Shown here: one piece after another, positions 40,090-49,140 of the stretch
Position numbering within the stretch: position 1 is the stretch's first letter
Layout of the letters: each line of letters starts with the position of its first letter
Assembly: GCA_944392455.1 (NCBI GenBank)
Contig: CALXWP010000007.1
Location: forward strand, 43,559-107,558
Origin: an uncultured Clostridia bacterium
GTDB taxonomy: Bacteria > Bacillota > Clostridia > TANB77 > CAG-508
DNA: 64,000 nt
Direction of reading: 5' to 3'
Notes under the pieces: model-generated
Database searches by the model: none
The model's input: only the letters and a program-made list of their open reading frames with translations
Told to the model about the DNA's origin: nothing
Program-made: the position numbers and the translations under genes

Positions 40090-41274
40090 TCAAATTATTT
40101 TTATATTTTGTATTAATACCATAAATTCAGTTAAATAATCTCTTATTTCTTTTTTTCTTATTTCTTCTTTATTATATATTTCCAATGTAGATATATTTTC
40201 ACCATCAACTAATACTTCTAAGGTTCCAATTATCTCATTTTGTTTTATTGGTGCTTTTAAACTATACAATATATCTGTTTTTATATCTATTTTATTTATA
40301 TCTGTTTTATTTATTATCATATTTTCAAAATTCATTTCTTCTAAAAGCAATTCTACCGAATTTTTGCTTCCTTTTTCCACAAATATTCTACCTGTATTAA
40401 TCTTCTTCCACTTTTCAAATTCTTCTTCTATAATTTCTTTTATATTAACTAACTCATAATTTTTTTCAACATATTCAATTAATTTTTTTGTATCAGTTGT
40501 TCTTAAATTATTAGTATCAGCTCCTATTATCACTGTAATTATATCCATATCATTCTTTTCCCACGCTGTGACCAAACATCTTCCTGCACCATTTGTAAAT
40601 CCAGTCTTCACTCCATAAACCCCAGAGACACTATTTAATAACTTGTTTGTATTGTTTATTTGTTTTAAATTTCCATTAATGCTTATAGTTGTATTGCTAG
40701 TAGATACAATTTTTTTAAAAGTTTCATTTTTTAATGCATAATCTGTAATTTTTGCAAGTTCATGTGCTGTAGTATAATGCCCTTCATTATCTAATCCATG
40801 AGGAACTACAAAATGTGAATTTGTTAATCCAAGTTCTTCTGCTTTATTATTCATCATGTCTGCAAAATTTTGAATGCTCCCTCCTACGTAAATTGCTAAA
40901 GCAGAAGCTGCATCATTTCCAGATCTTAGCATTAATCCATATAATAAATCATTTATTGTTACTTTATCATCTTTTTTTAGTCCTAGTCTCGATCCACCAA
41001 TTGACGCGGACTTTGAATCTATTGTAACAATATCTTTTAAATTTGTATTTTCTAGCACTACAATTGCTGTCATTATTTTTGTTGTTGAAGCCATTGGTGT
41101 TTGTTTGTCTCCATTTTTTTCATATAATACTCTGCCTGATGCTCTATCATATATAAGTGCAATTCTTGCATTTAGCTCTAATTCTTCAACTTCACTATTA
41201 TCTGCAAATACTGGAATTGTAAAAGAAACTAATAATATGAATACAATAAAAAAAATTAACATCTTTCTTTTCAT
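40090..41274 (-). CDS. D-alanyl-D-alanine carboxypeptidase (serine-type, PBP5/DacB family)
   Basis: 394 aa. Signal peptide, SxxK (ASTTKIMTA), SGN (RSGNDAA), KTG (VKTGFT) motifs, C-terminal PBP5-like domain. Confidence 0.85.
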   Translation of the reverse strand: MKRKMLIFFIVFILLVSFTIPVFADNSEVEELELNARIALIYDRASGRVLYEKNGDKQTPMASTTKIMTAIVVLENTNLKDIVTIDSKSASIGGSRLGLKKDDKVTINDLLYGLMLRSGNDAASALAIYVGGSIQNFADMMNNKAEELGLTNSHFVVPHGLDNEGHYTTAHELAKITDYALKNETFKKIVSTSNTTISINGNLKQINNTNKLLNSVSGVYGVKTGFTNGAGRCLVTAWEKNDMDIITVIIGADTNNLRTTDTKKLIEYVEKNYELVNIKEIIEEEFEKWKKINTGRIFVEKGSKNSVELLLEEMNFENMIINKTDINKIDIKTDILYSLKAPIKQNEIIGTLEVLVDGENISTLEIYNKEEIRKKEIRDYLTEFMVLIQNIKII

Positions 41275-41328
41275 AATAAAAAATCACCTCTTAAATTATA
41301 TTTTAAAAGGTGATTTTTATGAATATTT

Positions 41329-42696
41329 CTAATAACCTCTTTCTGTTCTTTGAGGAGCTCCATATTCTTCTGCAATTTCATCATGAATTGCTTCGATTTT
41401 TTCATCAGGAGTTTTTCCTCCTCTTTCATTATATCTTCGTACAAAATCATCAACATTAGAATGATCTTTTTCAGCTTCTTTTCTTAACGTTGTTTCTGAT
41501 CCATCTTCTAATACTATTATGTCATCTGCTGTTAATTGGTCATTACCTGCTGTATCATCCATATTTCTTAATTCTGTCTCTCCATCTCTTTCTATTTCTT
41601 CCTCTGATCTATCCAATTCATCTTCTATTTCTGTATTTTTAGTTTTATCCATTACCTCTCTAACTTCTCTAGTAGTTGGTCTTTGATTTTTTGTTTCGAT
41701 TGGTGCTGATAAATACCTTTCATCTTTATCTTTACTTAGATCTGCTCTTACATAATCAACTTCTAAAGTTCCATATTGTCCTACTCTAACTGAAAGCATT
41801 TCTTCTTGTCCATTTACTTTGCTTCTTCCATTAATTCTTACCATTCCTGCTACTTGTTCTTCTTGTACCACACTTCCATCTCTACTATTTATTGAAGTTA
41901 CAGTTTGCCCTGTTGTTGTTCCTTCTATATTTTGTAAACTATCTATAGTATGTACATTCCCATCTTTATCTAACCCAACAAATGAAAACCTACCATTTTT
42001 CCCCTTCGAATGATCAGAAAATACAACATTAACTTTAACAATTCCTTTTTCTTTTATTTCAGGAATCATATCTGCTAATGTCTCTGTTTGAGTAACTTTT
42101 GCATTTGGATCAATTTCCTGTTTTTCAGCTATCTTATCAAATTGGAGTTTTTGATTAGCTTTCATTGTAGAATATGCTTGGATATCTTCGGTTTCTAATA
42201 TTTTTGACATTTTATCCAATTCCTTATTTGATTGTTTTTCATCCAGTTCCTCTTTTGTTAAAACTAAATCTTCTTTTCCTAATTCTTCTGGAAGCTCAAA
42301 TTCAGCTTCATCTAAAGTTAATGTATCAAAATATTCTTTATTTACTTTTTCTAAATCCTCTAAAAATTCATGGTCAAATGTAACCTCTCCCATTTCGTTT
42401 ACAGTTGCTATTAATTTATTGTCTTTATCATATATTTCATAAGCTATTTTTTCCTGTTGGTCTTCATCTTCTCTAGATTTTGGTTTTTCTTGCTTTTTTT
42501 CGCTATCTTTGAGTTTAACAATATATGCATCATTTATAGCTAAGCCCGATCCTTTAAATTCAAAATCTCTATAATATCCAATATTATCTACTTCTTGATT
42601 TCTTGCTTCTAATTTTTCTGATATTTCTGCACGAAGATTTAACATATTATTAGTTACTTCATTTCTTTTCTTATCTTTCATATCTTCATCTCCCAA
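41329..42696 (-). CDS. Hypothetical acidic, highly charged soluble protein (last gene of the T4SS-like module)
   Basis: 455 aa. No TM segment, D/E/K-rich, no recognisable motifs. Confidence 0.4.
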   Translation of the reverse strand: MGDEDMKDKKRNEVTNNMLNLRAEISEKLEARNQEVDNIGYYRDFEFKGSGLAINDAYIVKLKDSEKKQEKPKSREDEDQQEKIAYEIYDKDNKLIATVNEMGEVTFDHEFLEDLEKVNKEYFDTLTLDEAEFELPEELGKEDLVLTKEELDEKQSNKELDKMSKILETEDIQAYSTMKANQKLQFDKIAEKQEIDPNAKVTQTETLADMIPEIKEKGIVKVNVVFSDHSKGKNGRFSFVGLDKDGNVHTIDSLQNIEGTTTGQTVTSINSRDGSVVQEEQVAGMVRINGRSKVNGQEEMLSVRVGQYGTLEVDYVRADLSKDKDERYLSAPIETKNQRPTTREVREVMDKTKNTEIEDELDRSEEEIERDGETELRNMDDTAGNDQLTADDIIVLEDGSETTLRKEAEKDHSNVDDFVRRYNERGGKTPDEKIEAIHDEIAEEYGAPQRTERGY

Positions 42697-42790
42697 TATT
42701 CTTATATTAATATTATACTTTAAATATCTATTTTTTTCAACAATATAGAATAAAGCAAATACTATAGTTAGTATTTGCTTTATTTTTAGC

Positions 42791-44155
42791 TTACTCTACA
42801 TTAAATGACATTGTAAAATTTGTTCCTTCTCCTAGCTTAACTATAAATGTTTTTGTTATAGCTTGGCTGTTTGCATTATTTTTATCTGTAAATTTCGCAT
42901 CAAATATATATAGATCTCCGCTGTTTTGATAATTAGAAAATTCTACATTGTTAGATGTATAGAATGTATTTTTTACATATGTTTCAAAATCAGCTTCTGT
43001 AGCAAAGTTATTTTGCCTAAATGTTGCATCTAATTTATTATATACATATGTATAATCTCCATCATTTATTGCATCTACAATTTTTTGAGAATTTAATCCA
43101 GCCTTTTCAGCATCATTTGAACTATTATATTCTTCAAGAAAATCAGGCAAATCTATTGTATATGTATCTAAAACTACATCATAATTTGTAATATTAGTTT
43201 CTGTGAAAATATAATATTTACCATATTGATCAATACATATATACTCTTTCTTTCCATCTATTGCATTTACTTTATATCCTTGAATACTTGCAGTTTCAAT
43301 ATTTAACTTATTATCATTTACATATTGTAAAAAGTTCTCATAACTTCCAAATTTAGCATCCCTATATTCTTGATTTAATAAATTGTATGCATCTTCTGTA
43401 TGTTGCGTCATTTTTTCTCTATATTCAGAAAAATATTGTTTTGTAATATACTCTTCTGTTGCAGAAACATCTAGGAAGGTATTATAATCGTTTACTTCAA
43501 TATTTCCAGAATTTATATTTATGGCATCATAACTCATATTTTCATTATAATTATATTTTTCTAAAAAATCTTCTAGAAATATAGAATAAGTATTATTAGT
43601 ATAGTCTATTTTTATTAATAAATTAAATGGTTTATTATTTAGATTTGCTGTAACAAATGCTATTTTTATATTACTGCTTATATCATATGTTAAAACATTT
43701 ACTAAATTTAAATCATAAGAAACAGTTGCTTGAAAGTTTCCATTTTGGCTATATTCTTTTTGTTTTTCTATTATCATATTATTTTCTATTGCTAAATCAG
43801 AAATATATTGTGTATCTAATATATTCTTTATTGCCTCTGTTCCTTGTCGTTCTGATTGTGTTTTTGCATCTTCTAGTGAAATACCAGCTTTTACAATATC
43901 AACATATGAGTCACCATTTATTTGTTTTACATATACTAAATAATTATTCAAAATTTCCTTGATTGTATAATATGTTTTATAATCACTTACAACTGAAAAT
44001 CCCACATTTTCGCTACTTTGTGTATTTGTTGCGTTTTCAGCATTTTCTCCATCTTCTTGTGCATTCCCTCTTGTATTAAATATGATAACTGCAGCTATTA
44101 TTATAATTACAAGAAGAATAGTTAATAATATTATTATATTTTTTAATTTTTTCAT
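42791..44155 (-). CDS. Membrane-anchored extracytoplasmic protein (possible TcpC/VirB8-like)
   Basis: 454 aa. Single N-terminal TM, N/Y-rich ectodomain. Assignment rests on position in the module only. Confidence 0.35.
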   Translation of the reverse strand: MKKLKNIIILLTILLVIIIIAAVIIFNTRGNAQEDGENAENATNTQSSENVGFSVVSDYKTYYTIKEILNNYLVYVKQINGDSYVDIVKAGISLEDAKTQSERQGTEAIKNILDTQYISDLAIENNMIIEKQKEYSQNGNFQATVSYDLNLVNVLTYDISSNIKIAFVTANLNNKPFNLLIKIDYTNNTYSIFLEDFLEKYNYNENMSYDAININSGNIEVNDYNTFLDVSATEEYITKQYFSEYREKMTQHTEDAYNLLNQEYRDAKFGSYENFLQYVNDNKLNIETASIQGYKVNAIDGKKEYICIDQYGKYYIFTETNITNYDVVLDTYTIDLPDFLEEYNSSNDAEKAGLNSQKIVDAINDGDYTYVYNKLDATFRQNNFATEADFETYVKNTFYTSNNVEFSNYQNSGDLYIFDAKFTDKNNANSQAITKTFIVKLGEGTNFTMSFNVE

Positions 44156-44199
44156 TATTTCCTCCTAGTCTGTTTTTTAGCTTTTGCTATTATTCTATA

Positions 44200-47100
44200 T
44201 TAATGATTGAAATATGAGAAATGCATATAGTCTTTTAAACTGGTCCAATCTCCTCCCCAGTAAAATCCATGACGTTTCCATATATTTATAATTTCTTCAG
44301 TTACTGAATATGGATCTGATCCTGGACTATAATGACTTCCTACAACAGTACCATCAGCATATATACAGTAATTTTGCTCCGGGTTAACATCAAATGCATG
44401 TCCATAAGTATGAGCAGATTGTGGGAATGTTCCTCTAAATCCTGCATCTGATCCCCATTGCCTATAACTAATATCTCCACCAACAATCTTAAATCCTGCA
44501 TCTGCCATTTCTTTAAAGATTGCCTGTACTTCTGTCTTTAATTTTCTATGCATTGTTACATTCATTGTTTGACGATTTCCATTTGCATCTAGGTATTCTA
44601 CTGGAAATGTTTCTAAATATTGATTATTTTCTGCTTCTGAAGTAGGAACTCCATTACCATCATAAAGCCAATCAATTCTCGCCTGCTCTCCTTCTATACT
44701 TGCTGCTTCTCCTAATTGTGCACTTCCTGAAGTATGATTATCTTCCCATGCTTGATACCATTTTTTAGCATTATCATATCTTGCTGCAGTTATATCTTTT
44801 GATGCATTAAAGTTATTACTACTACTAAAGAATACTTCATAATATCTTCCAAAGTACCATGTAGCATATTCTAGATCTGTTTCGCTTGTTGAATTCATTA
44901 AAACATCTTTTACATCACTATAGCTTCCTTCTAATTCTTGCCATATAAATTCACATTGTGTTTCTACATCTGTCCAGTCCGTTCCTTTAGAATTTGCTAG
45001 ATTTTGTAGATTCTGGAATCTATCTGATATTGCCCATTGACATAAACCATTATGTGTGCCGTTTGTTGCTGCTGGATCAAAACTACTTTCTGCTTCTATA
45101 TTTCCCATGATAGCTGCTACTCCTGCAGGTGGCATACCTTTTGCTAAGAAGAAATCAAATATTTGTCCTTGAACTCCATCTATTCCACTTGATGTTCCAT
45201 AGCTTCCGTTTAAAGAACTAAAGTTAGCTGGATCAAATACCTTATCAAAATCAAATGAATCTATTCCATCAAACTCTCTTCCTGTTGCACAATAAATCAA
45301 ATATTTAGTTAAGTCAACCATATCAACTGTTTTTTCATTTTCTTCTAACATTTCGAATAGCCATTCTGGTGCACTTAATATATTATTTCTTGTGTCATAA
45401 TGTTCTCTATCTTGTAATAAAGTTACAAAATTCACTTCATCTGTTTTTGATTTTGGTTCATCTTTAGGCCTTATATCTTTAGGTGAAGAAGTATATTTTT
45501 GAGAATCTATTATATTATGATTTGTAACTGTTCCATCAAGTCCATAATAGTAATCTGTTAAACATGTTACTTCTGTATTTACTGTATCTTTATCACTATA
45601 GTTTGATCTTACACTTGCTTCATAATCAGCTGCTATTCCACACGGATCTTCATTTGGAACATCAGGCTCATCTGGACTATCCGGATATTCTCTATTTTGC
45701 TCTAGATCTGAAGGGTCTCCAGCTCCTGGATCTGTTGTTTCATTTGGTTGATATTCAAAATCTTGTGTATACTCTACAATCCATACATCAGCCTTTGTAA
45801 CACTTATATTTAGTGTATCTGTTGTATTTTTAGTCGTATGAACAATTGTATAATTTTTTAATATTTCTTCTGTACTTCCTTCTGTATTAGTTTCATCAAT
45901 ATTTCCACTTGTACTTGTTGACTCACCTGTATTTGGATCCACTTCAGTATCACTCCAACTACCTGTTACATGTATATCATGTGTATGTACTTTTGTTTTT
46001 CTAGTATATTCATATGTATCTATATCAGTTACTGTCTTTACATTATCATGAATAGTAATTTCTATTTCACTATCAAATACTAAATCAGCTATATCTAATC
46101 CAAAGTCTTTATCACGTCCCGCAACAATCCATGCCCATAAGTAGTCAAATGGCATTTGATATCCACTTACCATACTTTGATAATCTACTGTTTGTGCAGT
46201 CATAGTATAGGTAGTATTTGCTTCTATATAATCTGTTATTGGTTCTGGATCTACTGATCCATCTCCTCCTGCAACAGATTCTTCGAATCTCTCATTCCAT
46301 GTTGCTACTTTTACAACATATTTAGTTTTAGCATCTCCTCCACTGCCTATAGTTCCTGTACCACTACCCATTCCATTTTCATATTTGAATGATAATGGAT
46401 CTACTTTTACACCATTTTGTCTTGTTTCAAAGTGTACGTGTGGTCCTGTTGATGTTCCTGTATTACCAGATTTAGCAATTACTTGACCTTGTGTTACAGT
46501 ATCACCAACAGATACTAATAATTCACTGTTATGATAATATCTGGTTACAAATCCTCCGCCATGGTCAATTTCAATCATATTTCCTGCGGAACTGTCATAA
46601 CAAGATATTGTTACTGTTCCATCTTTAGCTGCATATACATTTGTTCCTGTTGGAACCCCTATATCTATAGCTCCATGGTCTGTTGATGCACCAGCTGTTG
46701 GAGCATCTCTTAATCCAAAGTAAGATGTTATAGTTGTTCCATCCGTTGGCCATTTTAATGTATCTGAACTTGAGCTTGAGCTATTATTATCATCGTCATC
46801 ATTATCATTATTTGTAGTATTATTATCATTAGCTTCTATTTCTGAGTCCACTCCAAAATTAGGGTTTTCAAAGTAACTTCCACCGTTAACTGCTTTTACA
46901 ACTCTTGAATTCCATTCTGGATGATTAGATGGATTTCCTGGATTCTCTTTAATGCCATACCATGAGTCTCTATCTACAACAAATTCTACAACACATTGAC
47001 CATCATTATGCCCCCATTGGTTACATCCTGGATCATTTTGATTTTTAATATCACCTATTATACATGGAAGAACTATTCCATTTTCTAGATAAAAATCAAT

Positions 47101-47964
47101 ATAATCTCCAACTTGTCCAAAAGTTGTAGTACATGCAATAACATAACGTCCATTTATAATTCCGAAACCTTCTTCATCAAAATTTTGACCTGCCATTTCT
47201 CTTAATCTATATTGATTTGAACTAGGAGCTGTTATTAACTGCCACCCCATATATGTATAATAATTACCAAAACCTTCTGGAATCTCTATTACTGTACCAG
47301 CTTCTATTGTACCTGCCATTATACTAGAAGTTGAATACTGTTTTTCTATAGTAAAGTGGCTTAATGCAGTATTTTTGTCTGCGTCAGATCCGCTTGCATT
47401 ATATGCTTCTATATATGAGTTAAAAACTTCAGGAGACACATAGGTCATTGTTGAAATTGTTCCATCTTCTTTTGCTCTTTTAAATTTGATAATACCTTGT
47501 GTTTCTGTAGAATCTACATCATTGTTTAAATTCTTCCAAAATTCTTCATCTAATGGTTCATCAATTTCATCTGCTGGTCTTGTATCAGGATAGTTTGTAA
47601 CTATTTCTGCGTTCATTAATCTTGCTAACTCTTGTGGATTGTCTAAATATTCATCAACTCTACTATTATTTTTTAACATTTCATCCCATAATTCCTGGGC
47701 TGACATTGTTGTTCTTATAGTTCCATCTTGATCAATAATTACATCCTGTGTATATTGTGTGACTGCATACATTACATTTCCCATGTCACCTTCTTTATAT
47801 GATCCATCTTGTCTAGTCATTTCATATCCTAAACCACACACAACAATAACTACTATTAAAACAATAGCCAATACTGGAGCTAATGCTCTCGCTGCTACTT
47901 TAGCTCCTTTTTTTAGTATTTTTTTCATTTGATATTTAACTTGTTCAAAACCATTTCCCATCAC
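44200..47964 (-). CDS. Tri-domain peptidoglycan hydrolase: TM anchor + M23 endopeptidase + lysozyme-like (phage-tail-lysozyme type) + M15 (VanY-like) peptidase
   Basis: 1254 aa. M23 motifs HGAIDIG...D and GNTGTSTGPHVHFE. Lysozyme-like block AAIMGNIEAESSFDP. M15 block SAHTYGHAFDVNP...GGDW...DYMHF. Confidence 0.75.
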   Translation of the reverse strand: MMGNGFEQVKYQMKKILKKGAKVAARALAPVLAIVLIVVIVVCGLGYEMTRQDGSYKEGDMGNVMYAVTQYTQDVIIDQDGTIRTTMSAQELWDEMLKNNSRVDEYLDNPQELARLMNAEIVTNYPDTRPADEIDEPLDEEFWKNLNNDVDSTETQGIIKFKRAKEDGTISTMTYVSPEVFNSYIEAYNASGSDADKNTALSHFTIEKQYSTSSIMAGTIEAGTVIEIPEGFGNYYTYMGWQLITAPSSNQYRLREMAGQNFDEEGFGIINGRYVIACTTTFGQVGDYIDFYLENGIVLPCIIGDIKNQNDPGCNQWGHNDGQCVVEFVVDRDSWYGIKENPGNPSNHPEWNSRVVKAVNGGSYFENPNFGVDSEIEANDNNTTNNDNDDDDNNSSSSSSDTLKWPTDGTTITSYFGLRDAPTAGASTDHGAIDIGVPTGTNVYAAKDGTVTISCYDSSAGNMIEIDHGGGFVTRYYHNSELLVSVGDTVTQGQVIAKSGNTGTSTGPHVHFETRQNGVKVDPLSFKYENGMGSGTGTIGSGGDAKTKYVVKVATWNERFEESVAGGDGSVDPEPITDYIEANTTYTMTAQTVDYQSMVSGYQMPFDYLWAWIVAGRDKDFGLDIADLVFDSEIEITIHDNVKTVTDIDTYEYTRKTKVHTHDIHVTGSWSDTEVDPNTGESTSTSGNIDETNTEGSTEEILKNYTIVHTTKNTTDTLNISVTKADVWIVEYTQDFEYQPNETTDPGAGDPSDLEQNREYPDSPDEPDVPNEDPCGIAADYEASVRSNYSDKDTVNTEVTCLTDYYYGLDGTVTNHNIIDSQKYTSSPKDIRPKDEPKSKTDEVNFVTLLQDREHYDTRNNILSAPEWLFEMLEENEKTVDMVDLTKYLIYCATGREFDGIDSFDFDKVFDPANFSSLNGSYGTSSGIDGVQGQIFDFFLAKGMPPAGVAAIMGNIEAESSFDPAATNGTHNGLCQWAISDRFQNLQNLANSKGTDWTDVETQCEFIWQELEGSYSDVKDVLMNSTSETDLEYATWYFGRYYEVFFSSSNNFNASKDITAARYDNAKKWYQAWEDNHTSGSAQLGEAASIEGEQARIDWLYDGNGVPTSEAENNQYLETFPVEYLDANGNRQTMNVTMHRKLKTEVQAIFKEMADAGFKIVGGDISYRQWGSDAGFRGTFPQSAHTYGHAFDVNPEQNYCIYADGTVVGSHYSPGSDPYSVTEEIINIWKRHGFYWGGDWTSLKDYMHFSYFNH

Positions 47965-48093
47965 AAACTCCTTTTATTTATCCATTTATTATCAAAAATT
48001 TTTTATGCATATTTTATATATTATACTACTTTTTTCAACATTTTTCAATTGTAAACTACTTTGGTTCTATTGATCTTTTAACTACGTATAATT

Positions 48094-49050
48094 TTAGTTC
48101 AATGGTATTTCAAGTCTTTCATAATTATAGTTATAAAGTATGTCATAATTTGGTGCAATTTTTAAAAATACTATTTTATTTATAACCTTTTCTGAACTAT
48201 ATTTATTATAATACTTTATAGTAATTTCTTTAGTTTCATTTTGGCTTAATGTTAATTCTGGTTCACTTAATTCTTGAGAATATGCACCATACTGTATACC
48301 ATTTTCATCTTCTAAGTACATAGAATCAGTATATTCTCTATCATCTATAATAATTTCATCACTTGTCTTATTTGTTACACTAAATGTATATGTTTGATAA
48401 TCCATATATGTATCACTTCTTAATACCGTCATGCTTATTAAGTCATTTTCTCTTGTTTTATTTATTTCTTCTCTTCCTAAATAACTATTAATATTTAACT
48501 TATATTGTCCATCATCAGTTTCTATTACCCTTATATAATCTTGAATTACATTATCTTCCGAATAAACTCCTGTTGCTAAGAAATCTTCTGTAAATTCTAC
48601 TTTATATATATTTGCAAGCCAGTTTTCTACTGAAACTTTTCTTATATTTCCATTAAAAACCTTATCATAATAATTTGTAGTAAAAATTTCAACAGTATTA
48701 TACATTTCCTCTTTACATTCATCTGATAGCATATTATATGCTTCATTTATATTTTTTGCATTACAATATTCTGTAAATTGTTCTATAATTCCTGCCATAC
48801 TTACTTGTTTACTTGTAAGTTCTTCTCCTGAAATTACAGAATCCGCTGATTCCATTGTTATAGTATTAAAATTATTATTTATTGTACCTGTCACGCTAAA
48901 TAACCTATCGCCACTTTCATCATCATTATTGCTATGTTTCATTACATAAACTAAAATGATATTTATAAGTACTATGACAAGTGCAAAAAATAGTATTAAT
49001 AATATTTTTGGTTTATTCCTTATATACCACTCCGCAATTTTTTTTCTCAT
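48094..49050 (-). CDS. Hypothetical membrane-anchored protein (T4SS-like module)
   Basis: 318 aa. N-terminal TM. No recognisable motifs. Confidence 0.4.
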   Translation of the reverse strand: MRKKIAEWYIRNKPKILLILFFALVIVLINIILVYVMKHSNNDDESGDRLFSVTGTINNNFNTITMESADSVISGEELTSKQVSMAGIIEQFTEYCNAKNINEAYNMLSDECKEEMYNTVEIFTTNYYDKVFNGNIRKVSVENWLANIYKVEFTEDFLATGVYSEDNVIQDYIRVIETDDGQYKLNINSYLGREEINKTRENDLISMTVLRSDTYMDYQTYTFSVTNKTSDEIIIDDREYTDSMYLEDENGIQYGAYSQELSEPELTLSQNETKEITIKYYNKYSSEKVINKIVFLKIAPNYDILYNYNYERLEIPLN

Positions 49051-49140
49051 TTTTTTCTCCTTTAATCTTTATTTTTTAAAATAGAGCAGAAAATTTATTT
49101 TCTGCTCTTCTTTGATGTTTTATTTAGATATTAGCAATTA

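Noticed and set aside
44200-47964. Prophage endolysin or tail-lysin interpretation of the tri-domain hydrolase (it has a phage-tail-lysozyme-like domain)
   Set aside because: There are no capsid, terminase, portal, tail or holin genes nearby. The neighbours are T4SS components, which favours a secretion-channel-associated lytic transglycosylase/peptidase role.
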